From the NCBI GenBank assembly GCA_963676835.2, contig CAXXFF010000001.1, positions 608,001-672,000 on the forward strand: DNA of 64,000 nt, written 5' to 3'. Below, one piece after another: positions 30,050-43,394 of this stretch (position 1 is its first letter; the number at the start of each line of letters is the position of its first letter). A program made the translations under genes and the position numbers. The DNA is from Marispirochaeta sp. (lineage in GTDB: Bacteria; Spirochaetota; Spirochaetia; JC444; Marispirochaetaceae). The notes beneath the pieces were generated by a model. The model made no database searches. It was not told the origin of the DNA and was given only the letters and a program-made list of their open reading frames with translations.

Positions 30050-30793
30050 GTGGCAGCAGTGTCGAACGAATCTTCCGGGGATTTTGATTCTACCGAGAAA
30101 ATTAATGCGGTACGAAAACAAAACACCTTCGAAATAATACTTGATCAGCTAAAAGAGCTTATTATCAGCGGAGAGTTCCAACCCGGCCAGAAACTTCCGG
30201 GAGAACGGATCCTGGCCAAGAAATTCGGAGCAAGCAGAAACTCATTAAGACTGGCCCTGAAAGTACTGGAGTTTATGCATCTCGTTGAAATTAGGCATGG
30301 CCTCGGCGTTTTTATTGCCAGCAGCGAAAACATCGAACGGGCAGTCCTTAATCTTAACTGGTTTGAAGCAATGCATCAGAACCCTTTAATGGATCTTATT
30401 GAAGCCCGTAAATGTTTTGAACCATTCATGGCATCCCTTTGCGCCCAACGTGCTTCTGAATCCAATATAGCGGAGCTTGAAAAAGATCTGAAACTTATGG
30501 AAGAAGGCCTTGAGAAAAAGGAGCACGGCAGAGAACCGGCTACCATGTTTCACGAAACTATCCTGAGTTCTTCCGACAACTTTATCCTGCGCCAGATAAG
30601 CCTTACCCTTAAGAACCTCATGAGTGAAAGTAAAAAGATATCTCTTTCCAAACTTGAACACAGCAGACAGTCTTTAAAAGAACACAGGGAAATTCTGGAT
30701 GCAATCATAGAAAGAGATCCGGAGAAAGCCCGGACCTTAATGCTGAAACACCTTGAAAGTGTTGAAGAACACCTTAACAAATCCGGCATGTAG
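30050..30793 (+). CDS. GntR/FadR-family transcriptional regulator
   Basis: PGQKLPGERILA...SRNSLRLAL, FCD domain with FH...DNFIL and EHREILDAI...HL. Confidence 0.93.
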   Translation: MAAVSNESSGDFDSTEKINAVRKQNTFEIILDQLKELIISGEFQPGQKLPGERILAKKFGASRNSLRLALKVLEFMHLVEIRHGLGVFIASSENIERAVLNLNWFEAMHQNPLMDLIEARKCFEPFMASLCAQRASESNIAELEKDLKLMEEGLEKKEHGREPATMFHETILSSSDNFILRQISLTLKNLMSESKKISLSKLEHSRQSLKEHREILDAIIERDPEKARTLMLKHLESVEEHLNKSGM

Positions 30794-30884
30794 GACATTT
30801 TTTTTATATTTTGGTTATGTCAGAAAAATAACTTGTTGTGTTATTGAACAATCCTCTTTAAATCCATAACGCATAGTATCTTTA

Positions 30885-31140
30885 TTTGCCTGTGAGATAT
30901 TACCATTTGGAAGAGGAGCTTATCCTAGCCAGGCTCCGCCCAGTGGCAATCTTCGATTACCTAGGGTTCGCGCATTTAGCATCACAAGGACGCGCGATAC
31001 GATTACGCAAAGCGCCTTTTTTTGCCTGACAAAGATTACCTTTTGAAAGAGAAGCTTATTCTACGCAGGCTCCGCCCGGCGGAACCCTTCGGCTTCCTTG
31101 GGCCCGCGCGTTCCTCACTTCGCTGCGGTACACGCGCTTG
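30885..31140. repeat. Diverged tandem repeat (136-bp period) plus REP-like palindrome
   Basis: 30885-30973 aligns ungapped to 31021-31109 (68/89 identical by hand count); CCCGCGCGTTCCTCA unit at 31103. Confidence 0.8.
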
Positions 31141-31221
31141 GTCAATGTAACCGTCAATTAAACCCCACCTTATGCCGACATCAATGAATGCCCTACAATC
31201 CTCCCTTAATGGAGGAATCGC

Positions 31222-31551
31222 ATGGTCAAATATAATCGGGAACAGCAGTGTGAACATCTTAGAAATTGGGAAAAAAGTGGGTTAAGCGGGCAGGAGTATT
31301 GCCGGCAGCACGAAATAACACCCACAACATTTTACAGCTGGAAAAAAGCCGAAAGGAAACGTGCCGTACAAACAGGATTAGCTTCTGAAACAGCAGCAGC
31401 CGGGTTCATACCAGTAAAAAGCTCTTTTCATCATTTATCCAAAAAAGAAACCATTACCATAAAGTTGCACGATATTGTTATTACTCTGCCGGTAACAGCA
31501 AACCATGACCAGCTTAAAGCAGTATTAACAGCCTTGAGGGTTTATGAATGA
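31222..31551 (+). CDS. tnpA: IS66 accessory protein TnpA
   Basis: WEKSGLSGQEYCRQHEITPTTFYSW HTH and GFIPV. Confidence 0.9.
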   Translation: MVKYNREQQCEHLRNWEKSGLSGQEYCRQHEITPTTFYSWKKAERKRAVQTGLASETAAAGFIPVKSSFHHLSKKETITIKLHDIVITLPVTANHDQLKAVLTALRVYE

Positions 31552-31895
31552 CCCCAGATTTATCAGCGGTACAGATATTTATCCGGCCAGGCATCACTGA
31601 TATGCGTAAAGCAATCAACGGCTTAGTTGTCATGGTGCAGGACTATATGAATGAAAATCCGTTAAGCGGCAATCTGTTTCTGTTCTGCAACCGCGAACGA
31701 CGAATTATGAAAGCCCTCTACTGGGACAAGAACGGATTCTGTCTCTGGCAGAAGAAACTGGAAAAGCATAAGTTTCCCTGGCCCGTAACCGAAGAAACTG
31801 CACGTATGATTACCCCGGAACAGCTATCGATGCTGTTGAAAGGCATCGATTTTTGGAATGAACATACTAGTTTGGAATATTCGCGGGTTTCGTAA
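31548..31895 (+). CDS. tnpB: IS66 accessory protein TnpB
   Basis: TDMRKAINGL, FLFCNR, LYWDKNGFCLWQKKLE, FPWP. Confidence 0.95.
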   Translation: MTPDLSAVQIFIRPGITDMRKAINGLVVMVQDYMNENPLSGNLFLFCNRERRIMKALYWDKNGFCLWQKKLEKHKFPWPVTEETARMITPEQLSMLLKGIDFWNEHTSLEYSRVS

Positions 31896-31956
31896 GCATA
31901 TTATTGGTGTAAAGGAATTTACATAGAATGTACGGCATGCTAGAATTCTTATTAGC

Positions 31957-33477
31957 ATGGATGTTACAGAACTTCCCAGGGAAGTACAGGACTATATCCA
32001 CGAACTTAATAGTTCCTGGGAGCAGCGTTATGGTGCCTTGGAAGAGCAGTACAAATTGCTTCTTCTTCAGAAATTTGGCCGTAAAAGTGAAAAAGAACAA
32101 CAGGATGAGTATCAACCGCTGTTGTTCGGACTTGAAGAGAATGGTACTTCGGAGAACGATGCATCAGAGACTTCCGTACCAGTTCAGTCCCATCCCCGCA
32201 GGAAATCCGGCAGAAAACCAATTGATGAAAGCCTTCCCCGGGATGAGATCATCATTGATATTCCCGAAGAAGAAAAACAGTGTGCCTGCGGCCATGCGCT
32301 GGTTCGTATCGGCGAAGAGACCAGCGAGCGCTTACAGGTAATCCCCCCGAAGATGTGGGTGGAACGGATTATCCGCCCCAAGTATGCCTGTAAAAACTGT
32401 GAAGGCTCCGGGGATGAAGAGAAGCCGGCGGTAAGGGTTGCTGATCCCCCTGCAAGTATTATCCCTAAAAGCATTGTAACGCCAGGATTGATCTCCTTCA
32501 TCATAGTGAACAAGTTTGTCGATCATCTGCCCTATTACCGGCAGGAGAAACGGTTTGAAAGAATCGGCATCCACATAAGCCGTCAGAACATGAGCAACTG
32601 GCAGCAGGCGGCGTTTGATAAAATTGAACCGTTAATAGAAACACTGAAAACGCATATCCGGTCAGGGCCGGTCATCAACATGGATGAAACCCCGGTCCAG
32701 GTACACGGAGAACCGGAACGCCCTGACACGGCGAAATCCTATATGTGGCTTGCCCGCGGCGGCCCTCCGGAAAACCCGGGATTGCTTTACTCATACCGGG
32801 AAACCCGCGGGTCCCGGCATATTAAAGAACTTCTCGATGGATTCAGCGGCTTTTTACAGACCGACGGCTATGATGCGTATCGTACAGCCCTGGCGGGGAA
32901 TGAACAGATAGTCCATGTCGGCTGCATGGCCCATGTTCGGCGAAAGTTTCATGAAGCTGCAAAGGCCTCGAAGAAAGCAGCAAGTGCACAGGAAGCATTG
33001 AATGCCATCAGGAAACTGTATGGAATTGAAGAGCGTCTTCGCAGTATGGAATTGCCCGAAGACCAGTTTGTTGACCAGCGCAAATCTCAGGCGGAACCGG
33101 TTTTGCAGAAGTTTAGAACCTGGCTTGAAAAACGCAGTCAGCAGGTTCCTCCTTCGTTATTGCTTGGGAAAGCAATTCAGTACACCTTGAACGAATGGGA
33201 GAAACTGGTACACTACCTCGATTCTCCCTATCTGACACCTGACAACAATAGCGCGGAACAGGCTATTCGGCCGTTTGTTCTGGGCCGAAAGAACTGGTTA
33301 TTTTCCGGTAGTCCAAAGGGGGCTGAAAGTTCCTGTGCCATGTATTCACTGATTGAGACAGCCAAACAAAATAATGTGAACCCGAACGACTACCTGAGAC
33401 GCGTTTTTGAGGAAGCTCCACTCATGAATGAATCTGATAACTGGGAAAAATTGCTGCCATGGAATATTTCCCTCTGA
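31957..33477 (+). CDS. tnpC: IS66 DDE transposase TnpC
   Basis: FGRKSE, HLPYYRQ, MDETPV, QTDGY, CMAHVRRKF, DNNSAEQAIR, RKNWLF, LLPW. Confidence 0.97.
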   Translation: MDVTELPREVQDYIHELNSSWEQRYGALEEQYKLLLLQKFGRKSEKEQQDEYQPLLFGLEENGTSENDASETSVPVQSHPRRKSGRKPIDESLPRDEIIIDIPEEEKQCACGHALVRIGEETSERLQVIPPKMWVERIIRPKYACKNCEGSGDEEKPAVRVADPPASIIPKSIVTPGLISFIIVNKFVDHLPYYRQEKRFERIGIHISRQNMSNWQQAAFDKIEPLIETLKTHIRSGPVINMDETPVQVHGEPERPDTAKSYMWLARGGPPENPGLLYSYRETRGSRHIKELLDGFSGFLQTDGYDAYRTALAGNEQIVHVGCMAHVRRKFHEAAKASKKAASAQEALNAIRKLYGIEERLRSMELPEDQFVDQRKSQAEPVLQKFRTWLEKRSQQVPPSLLLGKAIQYTLNEWEKLVHYLDSPYLTPDNNSAEQAIRPFVLGRKNWLFSGSPKGAESSCAMYSLIETAKQNNVNPNDYLRRVFEEAPLMNESDNWEKLLPWNISL

Positions 33478-33513
33478 TTTTTTTCTCTGGGTGAGGTTTA
33501 ATTGACGGTTACC

Positions 33514-33566
33514 TTGTCCCCCGCGCGTTCCTCATCGCTTCGCTCTTGCGGTACGCGCTAGGACAA
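33514..33566. repeat. REP-like palindrome between IS66 and 5S rRNA
   Basis: CCCGCGCGTTCCTCA...CTTCGCT...GCGGTAC...GCGCT matches 31103-31140; closed by TTGTCC/GGACAA. Confidence 0.75.
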
Positions 33567-33572
33567 AAAAAA

Positions 33573-33682
33573 GCCAGGCGACGTCCTACTCTCCCGCTTT
33601 CGCAGTACCATCGGCGCTGAAGGGCTTAACTTCCGTGTTCGACATGGGAACGGGTGGATCCCCTTCGCTAAGGTCACCTGGC
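33573..33682 (-). rRNA. rrf: 5S rRNA
   Basis: Reverse complement GCCAGGTGAC...CCCGTTCCCATGTCGAACACGGAAGTTAAG...GCCGATGGTACT...GAGAGTAGGACGTCGCCTGGC. Confidence 0.96.
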
Positions 33683-33974
33683 AATAATTACCATTTTACG
33701 GTCACCATCGGGGTGTACCCCTCCGGCTTCCTTTGTTCAAGCTACAGACAGGTCAGCAAAGCTGATCAGTTCGTATTGAACGTTTAGTGCGTCTATCCTA
33801 AAAGGATAAACTATTTTGTTTTGTCTTTCGACTATAGAGCACATACTCAGTAACTGTTTAATCAGCTCTGAAAAACGGTCGGGTCCCCCGACCGGCTTTT
33901 CATTCGTCGGGCAGAGGGTAGTCGATGGAGTACTCTCCAGCGACGACCGTAAAAGGAGAAGAAGCACACAATAA

Positions 33975-36998
<3,024 letters not shown>

Positions 36999-37231
36999 AT
37001 TAGTTTGTGCTCCTTCTTCTATTTATGCAGTCCTCAATGACGGTTACGTCATTGCGTCCTTTGGTCCTATTGAGCAGTCTCAGATCGGCAAAGCCGCTCT
37101 TCGCTGCGCGTAGGTCCTAAAAGAATGTAGTCGCAACCTTTATCAAGATGCTCTACATAACTGCCCTGAAACTCCCCTTTATGTACCGCGTACTTCCCGT
37201 TTCCGCTGTACGGTATGAATCAGGTTCTCTA

Positions 37232-37244
37232 TGTCAAAAGATCA
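37232..37244 (-). promoter_or_regulatory. Spacer boxA antiterminator
   Basis: TGATCTTTTGACA on the minus strand upstream of 23S. Confidence 0.7.
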
Positions 37245-37304
37245 TGGCTTGCAGCTGTTTCCAGTTGCCGCCGCGCACTCTTAAATTACTTTAAGGGCGC
37301 TATT

Positions 37305-37447
37305 TAAAAAGTGGAGGTAAAGGGATTCGCCTTCCGCACTCAGTCGTCCTGACTTCGTGCTGCAGGCCGCCTCGCTCACTGGCGAGTCACATCCCTGTGC
37401 CTCTCCCGGCCCTTATCGGGCCGCGTTCGCTTCGGTTCGAACCCCTT
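37305..37447 (-). repeat. Duplicated tRNA-Ala 3' half split by a palindromic insert
   Basis: 37305-37329 is identical to 37471-37495; the rest of the T-arm (TTCGAACCC) resumes at 37436. Confidence 0.85.
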
Positions 37448-37477
37448 AAGGCTCTTACCGTAACGTTTTATAAAAAG

Positions 37478-37551
37478 TGGAGGTAAAGGGATTCGAACCC
37501 TTGACCCCTAGAATGCAAATCTAGTGCTCTAGCCAACTGAGCTATACCCCC
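37478..37551 (-). tRNA. tRNA-Ala(TGC)
   Basis: Cloverleaf GGGGGTA...CTAGA-TTTGCAT-TCTAG...GTTCGAATCC...TACCTCCA; G3:U70 pair; CCA not encoded. Confidence 0.97.
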
Positions 37552-37794
37552 AGGCTTGTTCGGCCTTTTTAAAGGTTATTAGCCTTATCAGGTTGGCCGG
37601 TTCCCACTCTATAAATCATATTTAAAAGATAAGGGCGAAGATTTCCGCTTATTAAAAAGCAAGTTTACCTTGTATGTTCCATACTTATCCCGTCTGTATC
37701 CCATTTACAAAAGCTTTGTCAGACTTGCGTCTTAAAAAGCATCCGCTCAGCTTTAATGCTGATTGAGAACTATTCGTTCCAGTTCCCTTCTCGT

Positions 37795-39321
<1,527 letters not shown>

Positions 39322-39623
39322 ATAATAAGTCTCATACAAGATGAGACTCCTAATTCACTAAAGTAAGTTTGAATACTCAATTTCAGAATAAGCTGACTTA
39401 TATCCGTCATTATTGAAATCAACAAAGGTTCCCGCTTTTTATTTCTCAAACCCTTTACTACTAACAAGTTAGCAGCTACAGGCCCGATCACGGTTATCTT
39501 CGCCCCTTCTCATATTCCAGTTAAATCCAATACCCTTTATTTACAATCCCAAGGTCATTCACTCTCTCAATTTCAGTGAACCGTCCCTCTTAACATGGAC
39601 TAAACAAGGCCGTATCGGCTGTC

Positions 39624-39717
39624 TTTTAAAGATCATTCTCTCCGCTGTTCAACCGGGTGACTCACCCCGTCGCTTCAGCGTGATCGCAGTTATAACATCA
39701 CCTGCAAAATGTGTCAA
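39624..39717 (-). promoter_or_regulatory. rRNA operon promoter and leader boxA
   Basis: TTGACA-N17-TATAAC with extended TG (39717-39689); TGATCTTTAAAA at 39635-39624. Confidence 0.8.
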
Positions 39718-39766
39718 GCTTAATTTTCAAGAAACTTTAAACTAATGAAAAGTTTATGGAAATGCC

Positions 39767-40162
39767 CTAATTTTCGGGGGAATCCTTTACGGTGCTGCCG
39801 GAACCGGCTTCCTTCTCATCACCCGTTTCGGCTTCACCGTTTTCTACGGCCTCTGCGTCTTTAAGTGCTGCACGCTTTGATGCAATCTGGGCATTGAGAT
39901 CATCCATGGCTTCGACTATTTCTTTGACTCCGGCACTGCGCTTTGTCATGCTCTGCTTACCTTCTTCAGTAAACAGGGCATAGACAGTTGCACCAAGAAT
40001 CTGTTCCTGTTTTTTGAGTTTATCTTCAAGCTGGTGAATTTCAAAACGGAGGATACCGGCATCACCAAGTTCCCTGGCTTTATCTTTTGCAGCACTGAAA
40101 ATATGCCGGGACTGTTCAAGCCCTTTAGAAACAGTTTTTTTCAATTTATCCTGAAATCCCAT
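39767..40162 (-). CDS. Hypothetical coiled-coil protein
   Basis: GAGGAGG RBS; helical charged sequence with acidic tail. Confidence 0.75.
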   Translation of the reverse strand: MGFQDKLKKTVSKGLEQSRHIFSAAKDKARELGDAGILRFEIHQLEDKLKKQEQILGATVYALFTEEGKQSMTKRSAGVKEIVEAMDDLNAQIASKRAALKDAEAVENGEAETGDEKEAGSGSTVKDSPEN

Positions 40163-40285
40163 TTAATCCTCCTCTTAAAAAATATCCGATATTCACTGCT
40201 AAGACAAGAACATTTTACATCAGCCATACGGGAACACATAATAGCTGCTGATGACATTAAGCAGGGCATCATGTTACCATGGGCC

Positions 40286-40498
40286 ATGCAAGACGGGCCT
40301 GTTTTTTATCGTTGCAGAAACTGCGGACGCTATGTTGAGTCAGATAAGGTTGAGAAAGACCAGTTCTGTTCCCTGGAGTGTGCGCGACAGTACCGCAAAT
40401 GTACAGTTTGCGGCACCTATTTTCTCCCTGATACAGACACCCGATACTGCAGCACCGAATGCGAAAAGGCAAATGTGAGTACGGAGGAAGAAGAATGA
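40286..40498 (+). CDS. Small protein with two TRASH-like Cys clusters
   Basis: CRNCG...FCSLEC and CTVCG...YCSTEC; ATGA overlap with adk; start uncertain (40271 or 40286). Confidence 0.7.
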   Translation: MQDGPVFYRCRNCGRYVESDKVEKDQFCSLECARQYRKCTVCGTYFLPDTDTRYCSTECEKANVSTEEEE

Positions 40499-41121
40499 AT
40501 TTAGTTTTCCTGGGCCCCCCGGGTGCCGGCAAAGGAACAGTAGCAGTAAAAGTCAGTGCAGAAAAGAATATTCCCCACATATCAACCGGAGATCTTTTCA
40601 GGAAAGCGATCAAAGATCAGACAGAACTTGGCAAAAAGGTTAAATCAATTCTTGATGCCGGCGAACTGGTCCCGGACGACCTTACAGTAGCCCTGGTAAA
40701 AGAGCGGCTCGACCAGGGAGACACAGCCAATGGTTTTATCCTTGACGGTTTCCCCAGGACCATCCCCCAGGCAGAAGCTCTGGATGGAATTACCAAACTC
40801 GATTACGCCGTAAACTTTGCTGTTGCCGATGAGGCACTGGTTGAAAGACTTTCCGGCCGACGGGTCTGCAAAGACTGCGGAGCCACCTACCACATCAAGT
40901 TTACCCCCCCTGCTAAAGAGAGCGTTTGCGACAAATGCAATGGAGAGCTCTATACCCGGAAGGATGACGAACCGGAAGCAATTCAGAACAGGCTGCAGGT
41001 CTACTACAAACAGACTCAGCCCCTGATCGACTACTATCAGGGAAAAGATATCAAAATTGATATTGATGCGGCAGATGCACCTGCTGCAGTTCTCAAAACT
41101 ACCCTTGCCGCCCTCAATTAA
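40495..41121 (+). CDS. adk: Adenylate kinase
   Basis: LGPPGAGKGT, HISTGDLFR, LDGFPRT, zinc LID CKDC...CDKC. Confidence 0.98.
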   Translation: MNLVFLGPPGAGKGTVAVKVSAEKNIPHISTGDLFRKAIKDQTELGKKVKSILDAGELVPDDLTVALVKERLDQGDTANGFILDGFPRTIPQAEALDGITKLDYAVNFAVADEALVERLSGRRVCKDCGATYHIKFTPPAKESVCDKCNGELYTRKDDEPEAIQNRLQVYYKQTQPLIDYYQGKDIKIDIDAADAPAAVLKTTLAALN

Positions 41122-42061
41122 GAGGCGGCTCAGGCAAGTCGGCACCGGGAGGCGCTTCTTCCGGTGCTTTTTTTTGCTCTGTTGGAAATTGAGCAAGAAG
41201 TTCCTTAATTTTGTCATTCCCCGGAATATCCGGATATTTGTCAAAAAGGGCCAACTTATCCGCAGAATTGAACCCGGCATCAAGGCATCTTTGCAAATAA
41301 TCCAACCCTTCGTCGGTGGTCTCAAAACCTGCAAGCAGAATAAACGCCTTATAAAAAAGAAAGTCCGGATATTCTTCATCCGCCTCCAGAGCTGCGTCGG
41401 CAATTTCCAGAGCTGCTGGAAAATCCTCTGCTGAAACCGCTGTTTCCAGTAAAGAAACAAGAAGATCCTTACTTCTTTTACCTGAAGCATAAGCAGGATA
41501 AAGCAGATCAAAGGCTTCTATATAGCGTTCATTTTCCGACAGCAGATTACTGTAGAAAATACGGTACTTAATCTCATTTGGAGCATAATCAACCGCCCGG
41601 CGCAAACTCTCTTCAGCTTTTTTCGTCTCTTCCAGCTGGAGTTGTAAAGCAGCAATATTAAACCATACAGCAGCATTCCCCTCACCCTGTTCCAGAGATT
41701 GCTGATAATAGCCTATAGCCTGCCTGTACTCACCCCGGAGGTACCACATGTACCCCAGGGTTTCCAGAAGTATCGTATTCTGCGTATCCCGGGAGAGAAG
41801 CCGAAGCAGTATCTCTTCGGCCTCTGCGTATTTGGAATCTTCAAGATAGAGTCTTGCAAGGTTATAATCTGCTGCGGCCATACTGCTGTCCAGCTCCAGG
41901 GCACGCAGATACGCTTTGCGCGAGTCATTCAGACGGCCAAGTTCAAAATAGGCATTTCCGAGATTATAGTAGGTTTGTGCTGCTTCACGGTTATCTACCG
42001 AGGTACAGCCTGCCGTAAACAGCAGAAGACTAAAGGCCCAGAACAGTCGATTCAATTTCAC
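41114..42061 (-). CDS. TPR-repeat lipoprotein
   Basis: GTG start gives KLNRLFWAFSLLLFTAGC lipobox; YYNLGNAY and further TPR repeats. Confidence 0.85.
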   Translation of the reverse strand: MKLNRLFWAFSLLLFTAGCTSVDNREAAQTYYNLGNAYFELGRLNDSRKAYLRALELDSSMAAADYNLARLYLEDSKYAEAEEILLRLLSRDTQNTILLETLGYMWYLRGEYRQAIGYYQQSLEQGEGNAAVWFNIAALQLQLEETKKAEESLRRAVDYAPNEIKYRIFYSNLLSENERYIEAFDLLYPAYASGKRSKDLLVSLLETAVSAEDFPAALEIADAALEADEEYPDFLFYKAFILLAGFETTDEGLDYLQRCLDAGFNSADKLALFDKYPDIPGNDKIKELLAQFPTEQKKAPEEAPPGADLPEPPLN

Positions 42062-43094
42062 GAACCTGAGACCGGTACAGCGATGAAACCCCTGAACCGT
42101 AATCGGCAATAAGCTGAATAATATTTCTCGGAGCATTATGCAGATCGGTACCGTTAAGTCTGTCGCCGGCATCGCCGAGCCCCGGAAGAATGTAAGCTTT
42201 TTCATTGAGTACTGGATCCATCCAGAGTGTATACATGGTGGCATTCTCAATGGCCCTCACTATCCGTAAAGATCCTTTCAGTGCCGAGATGACATTGAAA
42301 AACTGTATGGATTTGGGCTGCACACCCTGATCACGCAGATATTTAACTATAGTGACCAGACTTCCTCCGGTAGCGTTCATGGGATCCGCAAATATCAGAT
42401 CCTTACCCTCCAAAGCTGCAAGATCGAAATAGGAGCGGTCAAGGTCCAGAACATACTCCATGTTCTTTTCCTTTCTGGTGTCATCCCGCTGAATTCGAAA
42501 AAGAGCAAACGGAGTAACATAATTATTCGAGCTGTACTCCTCAATCTCTTTACTCATAATCATGGAAGGAAGCAGTGCTCCCCGAAGCATTACACACATT
42601 ACAGCGTTATTTATGTGTTCATCACAATCAGGGATTTTATGTACTGCATAATTCTGAACAGGTGCGGTTACAGGAGTTTTTTTGATAAAATAGTTCCGCT
42701 TGCTGGTATCCCAGCCGGAAAAAGCCAGGTTGAACAGCAGTTCATAGGCGCGCTGAATGTAGTAGATAAACTCCTGCTGCTGGGTATCCATATCCCGCAG
42801 CTTGGCTATAAGGCGGGAAGCCTCACCGTGGTTTTCCCTGGGTGTATCGAAGGGATACACTTTAATTTTCTCTTCACGCCCGGTAATCTCCTGCATGAAA
42901 TCACCCATGGTATTATAGATTTTAATCAGACCTTCTTTACACTTCTCCCGTTCATCGGGGTCTAAAGTTTCAGAAAGGGTTCCGCTGACAGACAGAGCTT
43001 CCTGATAGTAGGCTTCCATCTCTGCCAGTTTATTTTTATCCGCGTCGGTAAGATATCCATCAAGATCTGTTGCGGTAAGGACAACCTTATTCAT
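42030..43094 (-). CDS. upp: Uracil phosphoribosyltransferase, long form
   Basis: VMLRGAL, FADPMNATGGS, LNEKAYILPGLGDAGDR. Confidence 0.88.
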   Translation of the reverse strand: MNKVVLTATDLDGYLTDADKNKLAEMEAYYQEALSVSGTLSETLDPDEREKCKEGLIKIYNTMGDFMQEITGREEKIKVYPFDTPRENHGEASRLIAKLRDMDTQQQEFIYYIQRAYELLFNLAFSGWDTSKRNYFIKKTPVTAPVQNYAVHKIPDCDEHINNAVMCVMLRGALLPSMIMSKEIEEYSSNNYVTPFALFRIQRDDTRKEKNMEYVLDLDRSYFDLAALEGKDLIFADPMNATGGSLVTIVKYLRDQGVQPKSIQFFNVISALKGSLRIVRAIENATMYTLWMDPVLNEKAYILPGLGDAGDRLNGTDLHNAPRNIIQLIADYGSGVSSLYRSQVREIESTVLGL

Positions 43095-43203
43095 TCTGCT
43101 CTCCTGTAATATTTCGTTGATTTATACCGGAAAGAATTATAACAGAGAGCGGCTAAGGAGAAAAGCGGAGGCGCTCCCTCGTTTCGACTCACTGCTTGGA
43201 CAT

Positions 43204-43233
43204 AAAAAAAAGACCTGCCCGAAGGCAGGTCTT
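43204..43233 (-). terminator. Intrinsic terminator of the tRNA pair
   Basis: AAGACCTGCC-TTCG-GGCAGGTCTT followed by a T-tract on the minus strand. Confidence 0.9.
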
Positions 43234-43237
43234 AATA

Positions 43238-43312
<75 letters not shown>

Positions 43313-43394
43313 TTGGGTGCGCAAGAGTTTACTCTGTTGCCGAATGGGCCTTGAGTTTAACTCTTGCGGCTTAAGCCGGATCACTCCGACCTAG

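Larger units (their letters stand above)
31147..33512 (+). mobile_element. Complete IS66-family insertion sequence
   Basis: 23-bp terminal inverted repeats GTAACCGTCAATTAAACC[C/T]CACC with one mismatch; tnpA-tnpB-tnpC organisation. Confidence 0.96.

Noticed and set aside
30885..31140. CRISPR array
   Set aside because: Only two long diverged units, no repeat-spacer pattern and no cas genes in the window.
31548..31895. TnpB as an RNA-guided nuclease
   Set aside because: This is the 115-aa IS66 accessory TnpB, unrelated to IS200/IS605 RuvC TnpB.
42030..43094. Unusually long uracil phosphoribosyltransferase
   Set aside because: Long forms are known from treponemes; no sign of frameshift or new fusion.
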